Made by a program: the position numbers and the translations under genes | The notes under the pieces: generated by a model | The model's input: only the letters and a program-made list of their open reading frames with translations | What the model was told of the DNA's origin: nothing | Databases searched by the model: none | Part shown: piece after piece, positions 57,878 through 64,000 of the stretch | Layout of the letters: every line of letters begins with the position of its first letter | Position numbering within the stretch: position 1 is the first letter of the stretch | Assembly: GCA_963796285.1 (NCBI GenBank) | Contig: CAWCKW010000006.1 | Span: 1 to 64,000 of the forward strand | Direction: 5' to 3' | Source: Nitrospirota bacterium | Lineage (GTDB): Bacteria > Nitrospirota > UBA9217 | Length of the DNA stretch: 64,000 bases

Positions 57878-59411
57878 ATGCTCTCCAAGGTCATCAGCGC
57901 GGCGGTGCTCGGTATCGACGCCTATCCGGTTGAGGTTGAAGTTGACATCGCGAGCAGGGGGCTTCCCTTTTTCTCCACCGTGGGCCTTCCCGACGCGGCC
58001 GTGAAAGAGAGCAAGGAGCGGGTGCGCGCCGCGCTCAAGAACACGGGCTTCGATTTCCCCTTGAAACAGGTCGTCGTGAACCTCGCGCCCGCTGACATCA
58101 AGAAAGAAGGGTCCGCCTTCGACCTGCCCATCGCCATCGGCATGCTGATCGCCGAAGGCGTGCTCACGCAGGAGATGGTGAGCGGCTATCTGATCGTGGG
58201 CGAGCTCTCGCTCGACGGCAGGGTAAAGTCCGTGCGGGGCGCGCTCTCCATGGCCGTGCTTGCGAAGAAGGCCGGGTACCGGGGCATGGTGCATCCCCGC
58301 GGACAACGCGCAGGAAGCGGCGGTCGTCGAGTCTGTCAAGATCTTCGGCATGCAGACGCTGCCGCAGGTGGTGGAGTTTCTCATCGGCAAGGCGGCGGTC
58401 GAACCGGTGAACATCAATATACAGAATGCCTTCGAAACCTACTCCGCGTATCAGGAAGACTTCTCCGAGGTACGGGGACAGGAACACGCCAAGCGAGCCA
58501 TCGAGGTCGCGGCAGCGGGCGGGCACAACATCATCATGATCGGGCCGCCGGGCTCGGGCAAGACCATGCTCGCGCGGCGTCTTCCCTCGGTCCTTCCCCA
58601 GATGAGCTTCGATGAGTCCATTGAAACGACGAAGATCCACAGCATCATGGGTCTGCTCAAAAAAGGCCAGCCGCTTATCGCCACACGGCCCTATCGTTCG
58701 CCGCATCACACGATATCCGATGCAGGTCTGATCGGCGGCGGCCAGATCCCGAAGCCGGGCGAAGTGAGCCTGTCGCACAACGGCATTCTTTTTCTTGACG
58801 AGCTGCCGGAGTTCAAACGGAACGTGCTCGAAGCCCTCCGCCAGCCGCTCGAGGACGGCCAGGTCACGATCTCACGCGCCATCACGTCGCTCACCTATCC
58901 CGCATCACTGATGCTGGTCGCCGCCATGAACCCCTGCAAGTGCGGGAACTGGGGCGATCCTGCACATCAATGTCAATGCACTCCTCATCAGGTTCAGACC
59001 TACCGATCACGCGTGTCCGGCCCGCTCATGGACCGGATCGACATCCACATCGAAGTGCCGGCCATCAAATTCAATGAAATCTCTTCCGACAAGCCGGCTG
59101 AGGCGTCATCAGCGATCCGCGAGCGGGTCACCAGGGCGCGGGCCATCCAGTATGATCGTTTCAAGAGCGACGGCATCTACGCAAACGCGCACATGAAGCC
59201 GCGGCATATTCGGAAGTATTGCAAGATCGACGAAGACTCGCTCAATCTGATGGAAAAGGCCATGAACCGGCTGGGCCTTTCGGCGCGGGCGTATAATCGC
59301 ATTCTCAAAGTAGCGAGAACGATCGCGGATATCGAGGGTAGCGAGAAGATCGCGACCGAACATATATCCGAGGCGATCCAGTACCGGAGTCTGGATAGAA
59401 GAATGAGCTGA
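57878..59411 (+). CDS. comM: ComM/YifB Mg-chelatase-like AAA+ ATPase (frameshift near 58292)
   Basis: Motifs [37 protein letters not shown] and SGPLMDRID. Confidence 0.93.
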
Positions 59412-59722
59412 TACGATTGCAAAAGCTTGATTCATCGAAAAAACACTCTATCCTGAAACGGAGAGCGGTCATTGATGCTGTAACTGCCTTACCAATAACA
59501 ATACGCCATATCATCCCCCCTCCCGATACATAGCTGATTTCGTTACCCGAGATTGCGATTTCAAATGACACATATTGCATCTTTGTGAAATTCATAATCT
59601 GCGGCTTTCTGGTATACTCCTCAATAGTTCCTTTTGATGATCCTTATCTATTGCAACGGTTCAAGTCTATATAAGCGAAGTTCTTTTTTATATTGCGGCG
59701 AACTACCAATGGGAGGTGCGGA

Positions 59723-60424
59723 ATGACAAAGAAAACGGCATTCTGGATTTTTTTCTTCGGCACGGTTTCCTCGGCAGTCCTATTCCTGGGGCTGACGTGG
59801 GACACCCATCGCCAGATCGAGACGCTGTCCCATGTGGACAAGCTGTCCGACAAGGTGGTGGAAGGGAAAAGAACATTCGAGAAGTACAACTGCAATGACT
59901 GCCATACGATCCTGGGGTTCGGGGCTTACTATGCCCCTGATCTCACGAAGGTCGTCCAGCGCATTGGCGAGGATGGCATCCGGATCCGCATAAAAGATCC
60001 GGAGAAGGCCTTGGCCGCCTCGTGGCGCAAGATGCCGAATCTGAAGGTCTCGGACGCCGAGATCGACAATCTCATTGCGTTCTTTACCTGGGTCGGGAAC
60101 ATCGATAACGGAGACTGGCCTCCCCAGGACAGCAAGAAGCGCCTCTCCCGCAGCGAAGAGCGAATGGTCGCGAGTGTTGGGATTTCGCCAGGCGCCGCGG
60201 TCTTTCAATCGCGGGGATGCATGAACTGCCATTCCTTGCACGGGACCGGAGGGACCTTCGGTCCGGCACTGGATACGATCGGCCGGAAGCTGAGCATGGA
60301 GCAGATCGAACATTACATCAAGAATCCCAAGGCAGTGAACCCCAAAGCCATGATGCCGGCCCAGACGACACTCTCCGAAAAAGAGTTCAAAGAAGTCGCC
60401 GGGTTCCTGGCGAATTTAAAATAG
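59723..60424 (+). CDS. norC: Nitric oxide reductase cytochrome c subunit with an extra cytochrome c domain
   Basis: N-terminal TM helix, CNDCHTILGFGAYYAPDLT..MP and a second heme motif CMNCH..GPAL..MMP. GGAGG SD. Confidence 0.9.
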   Translation: MTKKTAFWIFFFGTVSSAVLFLGLTWDTHRQIETLSHVDKLSDKVVEGKRTFEKYNCNDCHTILGFGAYYAPDLTKVVQRIGEDGIRIRIKDPEKALAASWRKMPNLKVSDAEIDNLIAFFTWVGNIDNGDWPPQDSKKRLSRSEERMVASVGISPGAAVFQSRGCMNCHSLHGTGGTFGPALDTIGRKLSMEQIEHYIKNPKAVNPKAMMPAQTTLSEKEFKEVAGFLANLK

Positions 60425-60430
60425 GAGGAT

Positions 60431-61766
60431 ATGATGGAATACCGCTCACAGAAAATAGCATACTGGTATTTTGCCATTGCCCTGCTCCTGTTCACGCTCC
60501 AGGTTGTCATGGGACTCTGGCTTGCATTCAGTTACAGCTTTACCGTGCCGCAGTGGATCGTGGATAAATTCTCCTTTGCCACGGCGCGCGCCATGCACAC
60601 CAACCTGCTTGTGCTCTGGATGCTTCTCGGGTTCATGGGAGGCACGTACTACATCGTACCCGAGGAGACAAAGAGCGAAATTTATTCAACGAAGCTCGCC
60701 TGGTTCCAGCTTCTCGCCCTGGTCGCTACGGGGGTAGTTGCTCTCGTGGGTTTTATCTTCGGTTGGACACAGGGACGCCCGCTTCTGGAAATACCGACGT
60801 CACTCGATCTCGTTGTGGTCGTGGGCGCGCTTGTATTCCTGTTCAATGTCGGCATGACCATGTACCTGGCGAAGCGCTGGACCGTGATTCAGGGCACCCT
60901 CCTCGGCGGACTGCTCTTTCTGGCGCTCCTGTATCTCTTCGGTATACCGTTTTACAGGAATGAGGTCATTGACTGGTACTACTGGTGGTGGGTCATCCAT
61001 CTCTGGGTTGAAGGCGCCTGGGAACTTGTCACCGCCGCTATCTTCGCGTTCGTCCTGATGAAGCTCACCGGCGTGGACCGGCAGGTTGTGGAGAAGTGGC
61101 TCTACGTGGAGATCGGTCTCTTCCTCTTTACCGGGATCGTCGGCACCGGCCATCATTACTACTGGATCGGCGCGCCCAAGTACTGGCTGTGGTTCGGAGG
61201 GATATTCTCGGCACTTGAGCCGCTTCCGATACTGCTGATGCTCATAGACACCATGAACCATGTGAAGGAGCGCAAGCTGGAGATTAAGAACCGGCTCACC
61301 TGGACCATCGCGATCGGCTGCGCGGTGATGCACATGATCGGCGCCGGGGTATGGGGCTTCATGCACACCCTGCCGCAGATCAACTACTACACACACGGCT
61401 CACAGGTCACGGTTTCGCACGGCCATCTCGCGTTCTTCGGGGCCTATGCGCTGTTGAACATCATGGTCTTCTATTACGCCATGCCGAAGATCAAGGGGAT
61501 CGAGGTCTACGATGCCATCGCGCGGTAAAGTGGCATTCTGGACCATGTCCACTGCCATGATGCTGATGGGGATCTCCTTCGGCATCGCCGGTGTCGTCCA
61601 GTCCTATATCGAGCGGGTGCTCGGCATGGGTTATATGGTCGCCCAGTCCTACATGCGGCTCTGGCTGGGAGTGACGTTCTTTCTCGGCCTCTGTTTCTTC
61701 GCTGGACTGTTGATCATGGTAACGGATCTTCTGACCCTGCGACCGGCGCGGAAGACAGCCGAGTGA
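60431..61766 (+). CDS. norB: Nitric oxide reductase large subunit (cNOR; frameshift near 61517)
   Basis: Motifs RAMHTN, HLWVEGAWE, GTGHHYYWIG, SALEP and HGHLAFFGAY. Confidence 0.94.
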
Positions 61767-61893
61767 AGCATACGTGGTAGTCGTGAGTAAAAAAGGTCAC
61801 AATGAAGGACATCAGGGAGGCAGTGACCATGAAAGAAGGATTGTCCGAAGCGCGCTTTGCACGTGAGTGGGATTTTGTTATAGTTATTTACAG

Positions 61894-61928
61894 AAAAAAA
61901 CGGGACCTCCCGTTCCTGGAGGTCCCGT
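61894..61928 (-). terminator. Intrinsic terminator of the ybcL-like gene
   Basis: Stem ACGGGACCTCC/GGAGGTCCCGT with A7 on the left. Confidence 0.8.
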
Positions 61929-61950
61929 CGTATAAAGCTGATATGCCTTC

Positions 61951-62499
61951 CTATCTCCCGTAATACGAGATCAAAGAAGCTTTCTCGATGGCATGCCCGT
62001 TCAGCATGAACCCAACGAGTGCGGCATTGGCCTTTTCATCCAGATCGAGTTTTGGTACGTCCAGGGCGAAAACCGTGAAGACATAGCGATGCGGCTTGTC
62101 GCCCTGAGGAGGGCACGCGCCGCCGAACCCCGGCTTGCCGTAGTCCGTCATGCTCTGCACGCTGCCTTTCGGCGCCAGGTTCTTTTGCGGGTTCCCGGCG
62201 TCGGTCACGAGCCCAGTTATGTCTGCGGGGATATTGAAGATCACCCAGTGCCACCAGCCGCTTCCTGTGGGCGCGTCAGGATCATAAACAGTGATCGCGA
62301 AGCTCTTCGTGTTTTTCGGCGCGTTCATCCACTTAAGCTGCGGTGAGATGTTTTTTCCTGTGCAGCCAAATCCCGAGTAGACCTGGTCGTTGGTCAGCTG
62401 CCCGCCGATCTGATCGCTTTTCAAGGTGAAGTCCTCGGCGCCGGCGATATTGACACACAAAAACAAGGCTAATCCTGTTGCTAGAAACATCTTTTTCAT
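61951..62499 (-). CDS. YbhB/YbcL family (PEBP, Raf kinase inhibitor-like) periplasmic protein
   Basis: Signal peptide, GCTGKNISP, YDPDAPTGSGWWHW and GACPP..HRY. Confidence 0.93.
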   Translation of the reverse strand: MKKMFLATGLALFLCVNIAGAEDFTLKSDQIGGQLTNDQVYSGFGCTGKNISPQLKWMNAPKNTKSFAITVYDPDAPTGSGWWHWVIFNIPADITGLVTDAGNPQKNLAPKGSVQSMTDYGKPGFGGACPPQGDKPHRYVFTVFALDVPKLDLDEKANAALVGFMLNGHAIEKASLISYYGR

Positions 62500-63017
62500 A
62501 GTACTTCTCCTTTCCAGGGTGTAATTAAGATCAAGTGTACATTCCAGTGCAGTAACAGGTGATAGGATGATTATACCACGGCCAATAGAACCATAACGGA
62601 TAAGTGAGAATGCCATTGTTGCTGATCCATCGACCCCCAGTTGTTACATTTGCACCTCGATCCTTACTGACGATACATGACCCTATCTTCTTCAACCCCT
62701 CGTAATGGTTCTGATCAAAAGGAATACTCAAATTGCACGGATATCATCGATTAAATCAAAACTGACTTACAAGGTTAGAATCATCGCCTATCAACGAAAT
62801 CTGCGGATTGATCGTTATTCTAAAGTGTGAAAGCTGTGCATCAGGCAGAATCATTGTGGATTTACAATTCAACTTGAAAACCTAATTAAAATATAATTTT
62901 ATCAATTAGTTACGCATTCCACCTCCGCTAAAATCCGTCACGCCTCCGAGTAGGTTGCGCTTGGGATTTCAGTTGCAACGGGTGACCAATTAACGTGGCC
63001 GGCCAATGTCCTGTCAT

Positions 63018-63046
63018 TTGACAATAAATCTTCAACCGAGTAAAGT
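63018..63046 (+). promoter_or_regulatory. Sigma70 promoter upstream of rsmG
   Basis: TTGACA-17bp-TAAAGT. Confidence 0.7.
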
Positions 63047-63159
63047 GCACATTGCGGGTCATTCATGACGCATGACCCTCCCCCTTTTATGGGGGCTGTT
63101 ATGAGCTGAATTATTTGCGAAAGGAAGCATAATCCGCAAATAACACCAAATATTACAAT

Positions 63160-63807
63160 ATGATGACTCCTAGGGAATTATTACATAGCGGCGCAAAAGA
63201 TCTTGGCATTTCTCTGACCATCGAACAGATCAATTCGGTATTCATCTATCTGGCGGAACTTAAAAAGTGGAACCAGAAGATCAACCTCACTGCCATCAGG
63301 GACGAGGAGGATATTATTATCAAACATGTGCTGGATTCTCTCTCGTACATCCTCGGCTTCACCCCCGCGCCGGGACTGCGACTGCTTGACATGGGGACAG
63401 GAGCGGGCTTTCCAGCGCTGCCGATCAAGATCGCCTATCCCGGACTGTCGATCACCATGGTCGATTCAATAAAAAAGAAAGCCTCCTTCCTGCGCCATAT
63501 CATCAGGACCCTCAAGCTTACGGAAACCGAGGTTTGCGATACGAGGGCAGAAGAACTTCCTGTTTCGCTCCACTCGACTTTCGATGTTGTCACTGCCCGT
63601 GCCTTTGCAGACATGAAGTCAGCCATCGCTACGGGACTGCCCTTGCTCAGGCCGGGCGGGCTCATGGTCCTCAGCAGGGGACCGGAAGAGACGATCAACG
63701 AACAGGACCTGGCTAAGACAGGCGTCTCGTTGGAACGCCGAATCGATCTAACCCTTCCGCATTCGAATTATCAAAGGGCTATCTGGGTATTTAAAAAGAT
63801 TGGTTGA
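63160..63807 (+). CDS. rsmG: 16S rRNA m7G527 methyltransferase (GidB)
   Basis: Motifs WNQKINLTAI, HVLDSL, DMGTGAGFP, RAEE and ARAF. Confidence 0.96.
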   Translation: MMTPRELLHSGAKDLGISLTIEQINSVFIYLAELKKWNQKINLTAIRDEEDIIIKHVLDSLSYILGFTPAPGLRLLDMGTGAGFPALPIKIAYPGLSITMVDSIKKKASFLRHIIRTLKLTETEVCDTRAEELPVSLHSTFDVVTARAFADMKSAIATGLPLLRPGGLMVLSRGPEETINEQDLAKTGVSLERRIDLTLPHSNYQRAIWVFKKIG

Positions 63808-63880
63808 ACCACAAAGGGTTCACCTCAGATGTGTCAGAGAGGGGAGTGTATTTGATTAGACCTGTGCTAAAGGTTGAGAT

Positions 63881-63896
63881 TGTTCCACGTGGAACA
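63881..63896. promoter_or_regulatory. parS chromosome-partition site
   Basis: Perfect palindrome TGTTCCACGTGGAACA downstream of rsmG, matching the canonical parS consensus. Confidence 0.9.
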
Positions 63897-64000
63897 TTAC
63901 GTGCGATAGGTTTATTCAAAAGGATCAAAATCCTGTACAATGGGACATATAAAAAACATTAAGGCACGATAATTCACTAGGTCTATTTCTGCACAAGATC

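Noticed and set aside
59420-59700. FNR/DNR/HcpR-type box upstream of norC (TTGATTCATCGAAA; TTGTGAAATTCATAA)
   Set aside because: Half-site spacing does not fit TTGAT-N4-ATCAA or TGTGA-N6-TCACA, so it is too weak to call.

Overview
GC-rich bacterial chromosomal segment, mostly housekeeping genes. The gene content (mfd followed by SurA/PpiC foldases, cNOR, short aconitase) suggests a Nitrospirota or deltaproteobacteria-like organism; this is an inference. Bases 1-18.9 kb hold a complete dcw cluster on the minus strand: mraZ, a STAS gene, rsmH, ftsL, ftsI, murE, murF, mraY, murD, ftsW, murG, murC, murB, ddl, ftsQ, ftsA, ftsZ. Further along are an HNH gene, mnmG and mnmE, pgi, mfd with three foldases and an inverted capA, rlmI, four tRNAs, a decayed island at tRNA-Glu, aconitase, a ferritin-like gene, USP, a two-component pair, ilvE, a cell-wall hydrolase fusion, comM, norCB, a ybcL-like gene, rsmG and a perfect parS site. 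About 20 genes, several of them essential, carry single-base indels (mostly +1). These look like long-read errors rather than pseudogenes. The most striking unexplained structure is a family of short tandem-repeat arrays (7-, 8- and 9-bp units) arranged as inverted pairs at many gene junctions. Two of them carry a nested ~42-bp hairpin element, and one also carries a dRS3-like repeat. I infer these are empty sites or scars of a small mobile cassette system.
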